Positions 48,001 to 60,283 of a DNA stretch of 64,000 nt are shown in pieces; position 1 is the first letter of the stretch; each line of letters starts with the position of its first letter. This stretch comes from Haliotis rufescens. Its lineage: Eukaryota. The position numbers and the translations under genes were made by a program. Below the pieces are notes generated by a model. It saw only the letters and a list, made by a program, of their open reading frames with translations. It did not search any database and was not told the origin of the DNA. Where the stretch lies: NCBI RefSeq assembly GCF_023055435.1, contig NW_025964334.1, positions 46,686,001-46,750,000 on the forward strand. The letters run 5' to 3'.

Positions 48001-50550
48001 CTATATCTGTTGTCAAGTGTTGTAGACTGACTCTATCTGTTGTCAAGTGTTGTGGCTGACTCTATCTGTTGTCAAGTGTTGTGGCTGACTCTGTCTGTTG
48101 TCAAGTGTTGTAGACTGACTATCCGTTGTCAAGTGTTGTGGCTGACTCTGTCTGTTGTCAAGTGTTGTAGACTGACTCTATCCTTTGTCAAGTGTTGTGG
48201 CTGACTCTATCTGTTGTCAAGTGTTGTAGACTGACTCTATCTGTTGTCAAGTGTTGTGGCTGACTCTGTCTGTTGTCAAGTGTTGTAGACTGACTCTATC
48301 TGTTGTCAAGTGTTGTGGCTGACTCTGTCTGTTGTCAAGTGTTGTAGACTGACTCTATCCGTTGTCAAGTGTTGTGGCTGACTCTATCTGTTGTCAAGTG
48401 TTGTGGCTGACTCTATCTGTTGTCAAGTATTGTGGCTGACTCTATCTGTTGTCAAGTGTTGTGGCTGACTCTATCTGTTGTCAAGTGTTGTAGACTGACT
48501 CTATCCGTTGTCAAGTGTTGTAGACTGACTCTATCTGTTGTCAAGTGTTGTGGCTGACTCTATCTGTTGTCAAGTGTTGTGGCTGTCTCTGTGTTGTCAA
48601 GTGACTGTTGTAGACCACTCTATCTGTTTCCACAGGCTGGGCTGATGGTGAGACTGGACGGAGATCACTGGGTCAAGACAGTAAGTTCCATCATACTTAT
48701 CTTTGATTCTACAGTGTATGTTATTATGATAAATAACCTTGACCCATTTGTGGACATAGCTTTGTTTTGAACCTTACTCTAAAAGAACAATTCTAAAAAT
48801 AGCTATCTAACAAAATGACTCTTCTGAGCGAGAGAATTCTGTGCTTTGATAGAGATAGGAAAGATGAAGGTGGGGATGTAATTTCCGAAATGGTGGCAAA
48901 TAGATCCAGGGTATTTATTGTACTGGAGAATGGAGAAATAATGCACAGGATAATCCAGGCTGCCTCTCACAGTACTGTTGTCTTGTCCTTGGTAGGAGTG
49001 GCTAAATTGTCATTTAAGGAAGCAACAAGACCATTTCCGTAATCATAAAAAACTAAAGCTGGTAAAGGCAATCCATTGTACAATTCCGACTCTACAGGCT
49101 GTGAAGCATCTGTTTATGAATCGCCATCAAACAGTGATGATGTCAGCGATGCTTTCATCCATAAGTGCTGCCAGAAATCTAAGATCGTGGGTTTAAGTTC
49201 AGATTCACAGAGTAGGATTCTTAATTTTCAGCAGCATATTTGTGCTCGTGGGTTTCACAAAGGTGGAAAATATATAAGACCTGCATCACTTACACATTCC
49301 CCACCCCTCCCCCAGCAAGCTGACACACCGTGACAAGTTCAAATCGGTGTTAAACCCAACTCACTCACCAAGTTATGTTCTCATTTTAACCAAGGATTAT
49401 ATGATAAGGAGAGACTAATGTCATGACATTTTAATTCTCTGTCATTTATAGAGTACAACATGGTTGTTTAATGTGTGTCTGAATTTGATCTTGTACATGT
49501 ATCAGGTGTTTTCACAGACATTATTAATGTAGTGTACCTGCTCTGAGGTGCCTGACATTGGAGGTCAAGGTCACTGTTGTGAAAATGACACAACAAAGTC
49601 AACAAAATGTTACTTGTACCTTAATAAACATGGAGTACATGTAGCAGAGAACAGGTCCCGAGTGATCATGCTCGTTGCCGCAGCCGACAAGAATGGGCAT
49701 TGGACAGTTACAATGTGTGATGGGACTGCTAGTCTATCATAGTACCCAGATTGTGTGTATCAGTGCTCATGCTGTCAATCACTGGTCTGGCATCCCTTTG
49801 CTCAAGCCAATCAGAAAGTACCTGTGACTGTTGTTTGTAGGGTCTGGAGTATTCGGACGGGGCGTGGCGGCTGAGTTGTGTGGTGACCAACTACAACAGC
49901 GACTGGTCCACCACCAAGTGGGACAGCAGCAAGCTCACTTTGCGCCTCTTCAGACTGGGAGACAGTATTGTGGTAGGTCACACACAGTCACTCAGTCAGC
50001 CATTTTTCATATTCCTTCAGATGAAAGATATATCCTTATGAACCACATCTGGAGGATTTTGTGTCCAGAGTGTTTTTTTTAATTGCTTTGTCTTCAAATC
50101 TGCCGAAGCAAAATTGTTTTTGTTGTTGCAATATCAATCACATTGTCAATATCAAAATCCTTTATGTTTGATAAAAGGATATAATTTTTATCATTATTTT
50201 TGAGGACACTAAATTGACCCAGTGTTGTTTCATATATTGTTATCTCTTGAGTAATAATGTGATCAAGATACAAAATTAACATTTTGATTCTGCAGACATG
50301 GTTGAAATAATGTGATAGTTCATTGTTCAGCGATCAACATTTCACTTGTGTTGTTGTTCAGGTTGAGAGGAAGGACCCTTCTTCTGACAACTGGGAGTTC
50401 ATCCGTATAGCTCACCTCAACAACCCGCAAAAAGCAGACGTGAAGATTGGTTTGTTTGCGTGTGAGCCAGTCACTGCACCAGGGTCTTCAGTGGTCTTCA
50501 ACTACCTCAACATCAACGAGACCGACGGCTTCCACCACACCAATGCCTAA
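42014..50550 (+). CDS. DUF1349 / Ree1-like (regulation of enolase 1-like, ConA-like fold) protein, ~217 aa, 6 exons
   Basis: Exons 42014-42154, 43118-43143, 47011-47131, 48636-48680, 49841-49972, 50362-50550; GT-AG, phases match. Motifs TDFWQRTYY..RNDNGHFL, FDQAGLMVRLD..HWVKTGLEY.DG...LSCVVTN..SDWST, W.FIRIAHL, VKIGLFACEP. Confidence 0.9.
42270..42772 (-). mobile_element. MULE/Mutator-like remnant with FLYWCH zinc-finger ORF in DUF1349 intron 1
   Basis: ORF 42416-42772: F..SQAGGQQVLFGGFRY......THWKC...NC.G.....HNH; adjacent CTCAGTCTGCCTACA repeats with inverted TGTAGGCACAATGAG. Confidence 0.7.
43664..43833 (+). mobile_element. tRNA-Asp-like SINE, full length, 12-bp TSD; another copy at 56493-56650
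   Basis: A box TAGCCTAGTGG; GTCACGCCGAAGACCCGGGTTCGATTCCC B box; (ACTC)n tail; TSD TCCATGTTGCAT. Confidence 0.92.
44254..44597. mobile_element. pogo/Tc1-type MITE (CCGTA TIR, TA TSD)
   Basis: TA|CCGTATTCGACGTAATA ... TATTACGTCGAATATGG|TA. Confidence 0.88.
47389..47596. mobile_element. AcademH-like MITE copy, 9-bp TSD
   Basis: TAGACT...AGACTA termini flanked by CCTTTTATT on both sides. Confidence 0.75.
47672..48630. repeat. 29-30-bp tandem array (~32 copies) running into the DUF1349 exon 4 acceptor
   Basis: Unit CTGACTCT(A/G)TCTGTTGTCAAGTGTTGT(GG/AGA); last degenerate unit is TAGACCACTCTATCTGTTTCCACAG|. Confidence 0.95.
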
Positions 50551-51809
50551 CCGTTTTGGTTTGATCAGGACAAGCTTGGGCATATGGGGGATAATGTGAT
50601 TAGTGTATCAACTGATATCACTGTGCACAGTGTAAAAATCAAGAGGGAAAAAGAATGTTATTTTTAACTTTTGCAATAAGAAGTAAATTCTTAGTTTTAC
50701 ATCCTTGTTTCACATTTAACTTTTACAGTAGTTTTTTGGCTGATCTTGGTATTGTTATGATGTTTATGGTAGTCCCTATTAGGGATGTCATGTATTATCA
50801 TGATTATGATGCTGCACAAAGCCATTGTTGGTCACATTTCCTTAAATGTGGGAGGCTGGGTTTTTGAAGAATTAAGAATCAGTGCAGGGCACTTTTAACG
50901 GGATGAAAATTATATTCTACATTATTGACCTTAACCATGTACTTAAGAGAAATTGTCCATTTGAGAATATATCAATATATATCTGACTTTATATACATAT
51001 ATTTGTATTGAGACTGTTGAAAGATGTGTACTTGGAAATATTGTCAAATAACATTTCAAGTTATATCAGTTGTCAAGATTATGACACATATGGGATAAAG
51101 TTATCTGAATGGTGTTGAGTTTTATTATTACCGGTATATAGCATTCTGTAGACAGGAAGTTGATCATGTATCACAGTGGTTGTATAAAAGTCTGAAACAC
51201 ACTGGGTTCAAACTTGACAAGCTTAGGAGGTAGTTACTGTTACGATATCTATCTTGTGAGGAAGAAAAATCAATGGTCAAGTTTCACATTCTTCCTAAAA
51301 TGTGGAGTGCAGTGCTCCAGTGTGGACCTATCTAGTCAGGATTGTTCAGTGCTTTACCAGGGATGTAATTTTTAATAGCAACGTTCTATACCCAAGTGGG
51401 CATTACATTGTATTTAAGTCAACTTGTGAACTCTATACATGCCTTGTACACCATGGCATGGTGTGTAGCGGGCATTGCTCATACTTATGTAATCTCAGGA
51501 TTTGTTCCATCTAAAAGAAGTATTTAATGATTTATATTATCAAAATGATTTTCTTATTATATGTGTGTCTATTAAACTACCTCTGTGGCGTAATGACTGC
51601 CTAGCGATAGGAAGGACGTGGTTTGATCCCCTGGCTGCATCGTGACAAAGATGTTAAAAGATGGTACTTTTTGTTACCCTGTGCCATTCAGCATTTTGTG
51701 ATAAAAAAGGACTGTCTGTCTCAGAGTCGGTATACTGTGTCAGTGTGGGGTATCCATGGTATCTCAGTTGGTTAGCGCTATATACCTGGCATAAGACTAT
51801 CGTAAGTTT

Positions 51810-52149
51810 AGGCCAGGCGTTTTATATTTTTCGGATTACGGACCCGCCGACTCTAATTTTTGAGAAAATGTTAAAAGAAATAATCAGATTTATCATCACC
51901 TTTTAATAAAACACATATGAATTTACTGTTGTAAAATAGTAAAGAGATACATAATCAATCGTTGTTGATCTCGAAGCCAAACATGAATAGCCTCCCTTGA
52001 CAATTGTCCGTGTTGTAAGTGGTAGAATTTTTATTGTTACAAGGGGCTGTATTGTCACAAATGGCGTTTTTTTTAGCTTTTTTTTCCCTTCTCCAACCCT
52101 GGACTTTGGGCTGAAAAATCCGTAGTCCTAAAAATAAAAAAAGCCTGGC
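51810..52149. mobile_element. MITE with GGCCAGGC TIR and TWA flanks (Zator/PIF-like), inserted in a Meta-type SINE
   Basis: TTA|GGCCAGGCGTTTATATTTTTCGGATTACGGA ... TCCGTAGTCCTAAAAATAAAAAAAGCCTGGCC|TAA. Confidence 0.7.
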
Positions 52150-53828
52150 CTAAGCAGCAGCAAACACTTGCATATTTAATTGTTGCTTTGTGAGTGAGTT
52201 ATGTTGAATACAATGCTAAACCCCATTTCACCTCGTCTACATGCCTATTTGTCTTGTGCATCCCAAATTCTTACATTTTTGAAACATGAATATTTGCAAT
52301 CTGTCCCATTGATAATAAAAGCTTACTGCTAAATCAGTGTCCCCCATGAACAGACGGCAGATGCTGTTGACTGAACCAAAGGAGCCAGCTGATGAAGGTG
52401 CATATATATATACTTCCTGAAGTATGGGTTAGCCAGATTAGGCCTCATGTGGAGGAGAGAGGGGATGGCCATGTGTGATCTGATTGTGTCTTATCACATG
52501 CCATGGATCATTGCCCATGACGTCTGTCATGGTCTGCCTGTCCCAGACTCGACCGTACATTGGGAGAACAAAGAAACAATGGAAAATGAACATGTTCATG
52601 CTTTATTTTTACTTCTGGTTTCACGAATCTTCCAGCCCTAGATTTCACAAAGCAGGTCCACTCCTGTGAATACATGCCTACTAAATATCAGTTCCAAATC
52701 CATGTATTGCTCTCCATGGTGTCACAGACAGTAATTAACATGCTGCTTACTGTCAACCCAACCCCATGATTGATCAGTCACAAGTCAGAGAGAATCTGTC
52801 ACTTTGTCCAACAACTTTGGGAGCCACATAACAACAAAATATGAAGATGAGGAGGAGACCACTTGGAGGGCAGCGAGATTGTTAATGTGTGACTTCAAAC
52901 AAAGATTTACTGTTTACCCAATCCTAACTGATCGACATGATGAAGTGTGAACATCTCCATTTTATTATGCGACAAATACCCTGGGCCATTTGCAACTGAG
53001 CTTCCTTTGGAAACTGAAGTCAAAATATCTGCATTTCTTATCAGTAGCTTTCCACAAAATGTCTCTCGTTCACGAGTGTTACTGGATTGGATGGCTATTT
53101 GTAGTATTTATAAATGTCATTCAAATCAGACTCCAAACAAAGGTGAGGTTGTGAATGGGCCCAGCTAGGGTATAAATGATGACTGAATGGATACAACACC
53201 CTGGATGATCAAGGATCTGTATACCCTGCTTGATGCTTTCATTACTGGGTTCTTATCATGCTTATCAGTCTCCTTAACATCAGATCTTTAACCCTGATAT
53301 AACACCTCTCTTAGTGAAGATCTGACCACCCATCCACAGGAGACTGCATCAGGTTAACTTTCTGAACTTGGATAATCGAAGATCGAGAACTTTCTAATCA
53401 TCCAATCAGCATTGAGGCAATTTTTCGGTAGGAGTGAGTAAAACATTCAGACCAACATATCTGATCTTGAAAACAAAAGCTCAGTATAGGATACACCATC
53501 ATCATGATTAAATGGTTGTGAATATTATATACACCCTGTTGTTTTTGAGTGCCACCGCATATTCACCCTTCAGGGAGCACCATCGATAAAAAATGTGTGG
53601 GCTTTCTTTTGATAAAATCAACATTTCTGAATCAAGGTGCGAAAGAAATCATCATGAAAGGCAACATCTGATGACTCAAGAACTCACTCATCATTCATAT
53701 AGATTGGGTTGTCCTGGGTTTTTTTTGGTTGGTTCATCTGAACTGATCTTCTGTAGGGGCTTTTGATGGAGTAAACGTTTCATCACTATGTAGACATAGT
53801 GGAGCCAACACTTGTCGACTTGCACATC

Positions 53829-56800
53829 TCAGCCAAACCTTCCATTACTGACACTGTCACCACTGCAGGTTCGCATTTCTGTACTGACTGTGTTGTCTTT
53901 CACTGCTTGTCCATTCCCTAACAGGGATACACCGTGTTCACGACTGACAGGCTTCTCAACACACACATCATCACCTTTGTCTTGTTCATTATGGCCCTTG
54001 TTAGTTGCCCGCCCCACTGACTTCCTGTCTGCACTCCCAGCATGCTTCACTTTGTTGCACATGGCACACAACCTGTCGATCTTCAGTAGTCTGGCCAACC
54101 TATGCAGCGCCATCTGTTGGCGGGGACTACACACCAGCAGCCCGGTGTACAGGTAGCGCACCAGTGACACCAACACGGTATTGTTCATATCAGTGTTGTC
54201 TATTTCGAGTCTATACTCGTTCATATCGTGGATGGGCTCCTGCCCGAACTCGCCACTCAGCACTGGTGATGCTCCAATCAGCAGGATCTTGTGGAGCTGC
54301 AGGAAAAACAAACATCCTCCATTAGCTGCAGTATTTAATCTCCATTCTAATGTAATAAACACTCAAGACCCATTCACGTTCAAAGCATTGTTTTGAGTCC
54401 AATTTGAATGACACAAAATCAAATAATATTGTCTTTCATTATTGAAACAGGTGATGATATCGCCAGTGCTCTACTTCATGTATGTGTGAAATCTCAAAAA
54501 TATCCGGAACATCTTGCAGCATTAGGGGTCCCCACCCATTTTTGTGCCCAGGGAAACATCTTTTCTAGACAAAGTAGACCCAATTTATGGAAAACAACTT
54601 CTTTAATATTGTAAAGCTGACGTTTCGTCAAAGCTGTCTTGCTTGACAACGGTATAAGGATCTATAACGAAATGTCGCCTTTACAGTATTAAAAAAGTTG
54701 TTATCCATAAATTGTGTCTGCTTTGTCATCCGTCAACTTCTAAGTAATGCCTTTCAAACAATTCATACATATTTCCCAGCTAAAAAATTCTTTTGTAACA
54801 CTCTTCTGATTTAGTCAAATATATTGCAGATTCAATAAGTTATTATTTTGAATGGAGATCTATGCAGAACTTGGCTTAAAGGGTCATTTTGAATGGTTGT
54901 TGATTTCAAACTGATGAGTGACAGAAATGTACTGCAGATTAATATCAGCATGGTATGGAGATTACTTAAGGACTCCTTACTTGATGCAAGTATAGAGTAA
55001 GATACAGTGGAATCCGTCCAATTCGGACTCTGTTGGGAATGTAAAAAAGTCCAGTTTTCACCAAAATCCGAACTTGATATTTGACAAGATGATTTTTATC
55101 CTAAATTAATGTCTTCATAGTTTCAGAAGCGTTTGACTTAAAACTTTTTTACTTTGACAATTTAAAGTACACTGGTGAGGATTCTGTCATGCATTTGTTG
55201 TTTAACACTGCAAAAATGTGACTATATGATAGCAGCCAGGAACTAAATGAGTCTGTCACAGGAAGTGATTGATGGAAACGACCAGTGATTGATATGAGCA
55301 ACAATCCACACCATGAGGGTACGATGACACACAATCAACTAAGTCACAGAACCTGACTACCCATTCTTGTTGCCTCTTACCACCAGCATTGGTTGCTCAG
55401 CGCCTATCCTAACCTGGAATAACAACAGTTCCCAAGATACAAATAACATTGCAGCAATCCTTTAAGGACCCAAGGGCCCCCTTAATTTGAGAAGTGTATT
55501 GAATCCTCCAACTCACAGCAACCCGGTGCCTGTTGACCACTAGGACGGCGTCCAGGTACTTGTTCTGTTGCCACAGCCTGTACAGGCCTGGCAACACGCA
55601 GGTCTTGCCATCACGGTTGGCAGCACAAAACTGCTTCCATTTACGACTGTTTTCTGGAACAGGAATGAAAACATAAGACCACATTGTAAGCGTAGCAAAA
55701 AACACTGTTGGGGGACTTAAATCTCAATATAAAATAGCAACACGATCAATCACAAAGAACAATGAAGAACGAAGAATGTTTTTTCTCGTGATAAAACATT
55801 GTTCTGTCATGACGTCATTTCTGGAGATACGAACATGCCAACTTAATTATGTCGTAAATTAGACAATGTTATTTTTGAGAGGAAAGTGTGTTGTGAGTTG
55901 TTCCCCATAGATGTAGATGGGCAACGCAGATTATCGCAATTGCATTCAATAGTGGGCAAAATATGACAATCAGTATCGATCGACTTGTAAGAATATCTGG
56001 GAAATACCAAACGTAACCCCCACTTCATAAAATAGACTTGTCCAACACTGCCGAGGTCGGATTGTATCAGGGAGTCATCATTATTGAAATACGCATAAAT
56101 GTTCACAAAGCTTGTACATTATATTAAGATCTTCAAATAGGCTGCACATTATGTTGATATCTTATATAAGAACAAACGACTCGTGGTTGTTGTTTACCAT
56201 ACAGTAAAACTCTTCGGGGAGAATTAACTGCTTAGGGCTGTATCCCTCATGTTTTATTCTCCCTGCATTGTATTATAAAAAACTCCCACTCATCGTTTAT
56301 TTCTTAATTCAACACTGAGGCATGTGTTTTATCTCACTTATAAACTTTATGAAAAATCTATATTTATCAACAACTTTATGATTTAAACACACTTTACCTT
56401 AGAAATGGACGTACAATATAACGTGCTGGCATACTAGAAAAATAGATTCTTAATAGCCCCGCTGTAGCCTAGAGGTTAACTCACCACCTTGAGGGGGCGG
56501 TGGGGTAGGCTAGTGGTTAAAGTGTTGGCTCGTCACGTTCGATTCCCTACATGGGTACAATGAGTTAAGCCCATTTTCTGGTGTCTCCCGACGTGATATT
56601 GCTGAAACATTGCTAAAAGCAACGTTAAGCCATACTCACTCACCCACTCACCACTTTGAGATGCTCCACATTGAGGCAACATAGACTCTGGACTGATCAT
56701 ACTTGCAATCAATTATATCTGCTCTGACTGGTACCAACCTTGAGACAAGGTCATGGCAGAGTCCAGGGCGAGGATCTGTTGGTCGTTGACCAGACTGACC

Positions 56801-58497
56801 ACGGGGTGTCTGGACATCATGATAATTGAGTGTGCGTCCAGCTCCTTGAACACGATATGGCTGGACACGGGACTGACCGGGGCGGGGGCAGGTGGTGGCT
56901 CCGACACAGTGGATAGAGAATCTTGACAATCATTTAGCTGTTGGAGAAAACGGATAATTTGTAATGATACCCTCCATTTTAGAGAACATTGATTAGGCCA
57001 GGATGAGGTATGGTATTAATAACAATCATATCAATAAGTTAATCAAACCTGTTCAAAGGGCACAATCCAAGTAGGTGAGTGAGGAAATGAATGTTGTTCA
57101 ACACTATGCTCAGCATTTACTTTCCGCTATATCACTTGGTCGGTTAATAACTGAACCATTGGCTAATTATAGGGGGGGGGGGGGGGGGGGGGGGGGGTGT
57201 AAGGCAGCCTGTGTCACCATGAGGTGCATGATCCAAGTCTTGCGATAAAAACATCTTGTGAACTTGACCTTTGACTACCACATGACAAAACACATGAGGA
57301 AAATAACTGGAGGCAAATTCTGACAAAAGCTCTGATTACACACAGACGCACAATTACATACAGACCTTTCTTTTTCTAATTTTTGATGCAATGTCCTCAA
57401 TTCTCTTCTTGCGTGTCTCCTCAAGACCTGAGTTGGTGATGAGGCCTGGTGAGTCTGGGGGTGACCAGTCTGGAAGCGAGTGGATGTTTCGTTGTGTGAC
57501 AGTACTTCCCACATTGCTGAAACAAAACCAACAACACTCATCATCATTGATACAACTAGAGAACCACAAGGTTGTGCCGCTCACCTAATATTTCTTGAAT
57601 ATTTGCAACTTTCAATCATGTAACGGTTATAATAAACAAGAATATGCAAAAATATGCAAGAGAATGATAGATCTAATACATCCATAAGGAAGAGAGTTTA
57701 TGGATGTCAACTTCATTATTATGAGGAACACAACGTTTTGGAGTATACACTTACTCCATCACCTGATGAAGGAGTAAGCATATACTCCGAAACATTGTGT
57801 TCCTCATAATAAAGAAGTTGACATCCATATATTCTCTTCCTTGTGTGTATCACTTCTAAATGCCTTTCAAAGACCTATGTAGATCAAACTATCCAAGTGT
57901 TGCTGTTGCTGCTAGTGATTCATTTTAATAACTATAAGTTTCTAAAAAGTGAAACTCTCATCATGTTCATGGTAATTAAGACATAGGAGTGTTAGTAGGT
58001 CCTTAAATGAAAGGTCACGTTACCATAGGAAAATTCCATTATAAGGAAGCAAATGCAGTGTCGAAGCAAGCCACAACTGTTTTAACCATTAGGCCTTTAG
58101 GCTATATGCCGCTAATATCATTACATCTCTACTACTCTAGGCTGACACTGTAGACTACAGAAAAGCAATGTCATTAAACTCAGATGTCTTAATCCGAGTC
58201 GAGGGATAAACAGATATCGCCTTGGAGTAAAACAGATATCATGGCTGTATTAAAGATGTGAAGATCTTGATAGATCTACAATGATAAATCGGTGGGAGTT
58301 TGGATGTCAAACCTGTACAAATCTAGCAAGTATTTTGCAACAACTGGGTTGTCTTTTTCTTCCAAACCCAGGCTATTCCTCAAGCAGTTCCATCGCTCCA
58401 TTTCCTCAGATATAAACACCATTTTCTCGGTACGACACTTTGTTTCTGGTCCTTTTATTTCCCCACCTTCATCTTCACATGTCATGGACGTCGCCAT
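53829..58497 (-). CDS. BTB/POZ-domain protein, ~379 aa, 5 exons
   Basis: Exons (-): 58497-58313, 57516-57366, 56937-56739, 55653-55517, 54296-53829; GT-AG, phases match. BTB motif LYRLWQQNKYLDAVLVVNRHRVALHKILLIGASPVL...LVRYLYTG...LARLLKIDRL. Confidence 0.82.
54580..54765. mobile_element. Palindromic Penelope-like terminal repeat remnant with degenerate hammerhead-like core
   Basis: AATTTATGGAAAACAACTT / AAGTTGTTATCCATAAATT arms; CTTGACAACGGTATAAGGATCTATAACGAAATGTCG. Confidence 0.55.
57688..57873 (+). mobile_element. Palindromic Penelope-like terminal repeat with hammerhead-like core
   Basis: ~70-bp inverted arms; CTGATGAA-GGAGT-AAGCATAT-ACTCC-GAAAC followed by AATAAA. Confidence 0.65.
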
Positions 58498-58526
58498 TTT
58501 GATTTTAGTACGCTATGTCACGTGAC
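58492..58526 (-). promoter_or_regulatory. Palindromic GTCACGTGAC E-box (CLEAR/USF type) and YY1-type AAAATGGCG at the BTB gene start
   Basis: GTCACGTGAC 58517-58526, ~20 nt upstream of the ATG. Confidence 0.55.
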
Positions 58527-58786
58527 CGATATCGTGGGGGAAACCCCCAAGTCTATTCATAGACATTGCCAAGCCAGCACGGGTCATGGAATGTGGCTTT
58601 CTGTTTTCTCACACAAAGCCTTAAAATAAATGTCATATTAAGGAATTTATTTTCCCATATTAAACACGAATCAGACAATCAGAACACAGCAACAATCGTT
58701 ACATGTTAAGCGACTTGACTGATAATCAGATTAATTCATATATATAATAACCAACGAAAGGTCTGAGATTGTTTTTGTATGAACTC

Positions 58787-58975
58787 TAGACTAACACCTC
58801 GTCTCTGAAATAAACATATTTTACAGGCAAAACAGTTCTAAAATTATCGTAATAAAATATAATAAGCAGTAGCCCAGAGACTCTCTTCATTATCAATAAT
58901 TTAGACTTGCCAAATATGATAGACTTGCATGGGCTGATTTGGATACATTTGTTAGAGAACTTGTATGACAGACTA
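58787..58975. mobile_element. AcademH-like MITE copy (TSD not recognisable)
   Basis: TAGACTAACACCTCGTCTCTGAAAT...GACAGACTA, collinear with 47389-47596. Confidence 0.65.
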
Positions 58976-59445
58976 TATCTAGCCCAACAATATAAGTTTT
59001 TATCGAATGTTTCCTCTATGTTGGATAAATGTATCACAAAGAAAATGAACGAGAGAGTTGTACTAGGCTCGGCCAAATTGAAAATCTAAGCAAGATTAAT
59101 TGAACTGGTCCAAACTCAACTGTGTCACTCAAATGTTAACTTGCATATGAATCTAACACCGATGTTTCAGTTTCGCATAATGCATCATTGAGTGAGTGAG
59201 TGAGTGAGTGAGGGAGGGAGGGAGGGAGTGAATGTGTTTTAACAACGCTTTGTGAACGCTATTCCAGTTATATCATGGCGTGTCACCTATGATTATTCGG
59301 CAGTGTGGGGTCGCCAGATTTGGATATTGTTACACTGAAAAATAGTTCTTTGTTTGCGTTTATTTATACTATTCAAAAGAAGTTTGACCGATAAACTATA
59401 GTAATATAAAAGAATAGATGTTCTTTAACTTCTTTTGAGTGGTAT

Positions 59446-59982
59446 ACTATTTCCCATGATAGTCAGTGATACACAGAAACTATTTCCCATGATAGTCAGT
59501 GATACACAGGAACTATTTCCCATGATAGTCAGTGATACACAGGAACTATTTCCAATGATAGTCAGTGATGCACAGGAACTATTTCCCATGATAGTCAGTG
59601 ATGCACAGGAACTATTTCCCATGATAGTCAGTGATACACAGGAACTATTTCCCATGATAGTCAGTGATGCACAGGAACTATTTCCCATGATAGTCAGTGA
59701 TACACAGGAACTATTTCCCATGATAGTCATTGATGCACAGGAACTATTTCCCATGATAGTCGGTGATACACAGGAACTATTTCCCATGATAGTCAGTGAT
59801 GCACAGGAACTATTTCCCATGATAGTCAGTGACACACAGGAACTATTTCCCATGATAGTCAGTGACACACAGGAACTATTTCCCATGATAGTCAGTGATA
59901 CACAGGAACTATTTTCCATGATTGTCAGTGACTCACAGGAACTATTTCCCTTGATACTCAGTGATGCACGGGAACTAATTTC
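59446..59982. repeat. 33-bp minisatellite (~16 copies)
   Basis: Unit GAACTATTTCCCATGATAGTCAGTGAT(A/G)CACAG. Confidence 0.97.
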
Positions 59983-60283
59983 CGCTTGTAGCCCTATGGT
60001 ATATCACGTATGTCACTGTAAATTCGCGTCACATAGAACGCCCCAAATCTATAAACATAACTTTGCCCAGCGAGTGACTTGAATATTAATATACACTGTT
60101 AATCAACAGTGCGGGTTCTACTGCCTATGAATCATGAAAACAGCGGTTGGAATGATTTGATACAGTAGGATGAAAATGCTAGATGGGGAATGGTATGTAT
60201 GTTGTCTTGGTTATTCGTTAGTCGGAAACTTGTTTATTCACTTAGACAAGTGTGATCGAAACAGAAAATTTCATCTAAACCTA

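Noticed and set aside
16374-50550. Bacterial contamination or recent HGT as source of the DUF genes
   Set aside because: Both genes have multiple spliceosomal introns filled with host SINEs and MITEs; any transfer would be ancient.
55715-56310. TTAA-bounded Crypton-like element (similar impression at 20480-20720 and 45130-45800)
   Set aside because: Only vague terminal resemblance; no second copy, TIR or TSD verifiable within the window.
56648-56700. Possible extra BTB-gene exon ending at GTGAGT
   Set aside because: The donor-like sequence is a SINE (ACTC)n tail; exon 3 already joins exon 4 in phase.
59425-60082. Repeat ORFs on both strands (ELFPMIVSDTQ / SSCVSLTIMGN)
   Set aside because: A 33-bp unit is a multiple of 3, so open frames arise trivially; no splice or start context supports coding.
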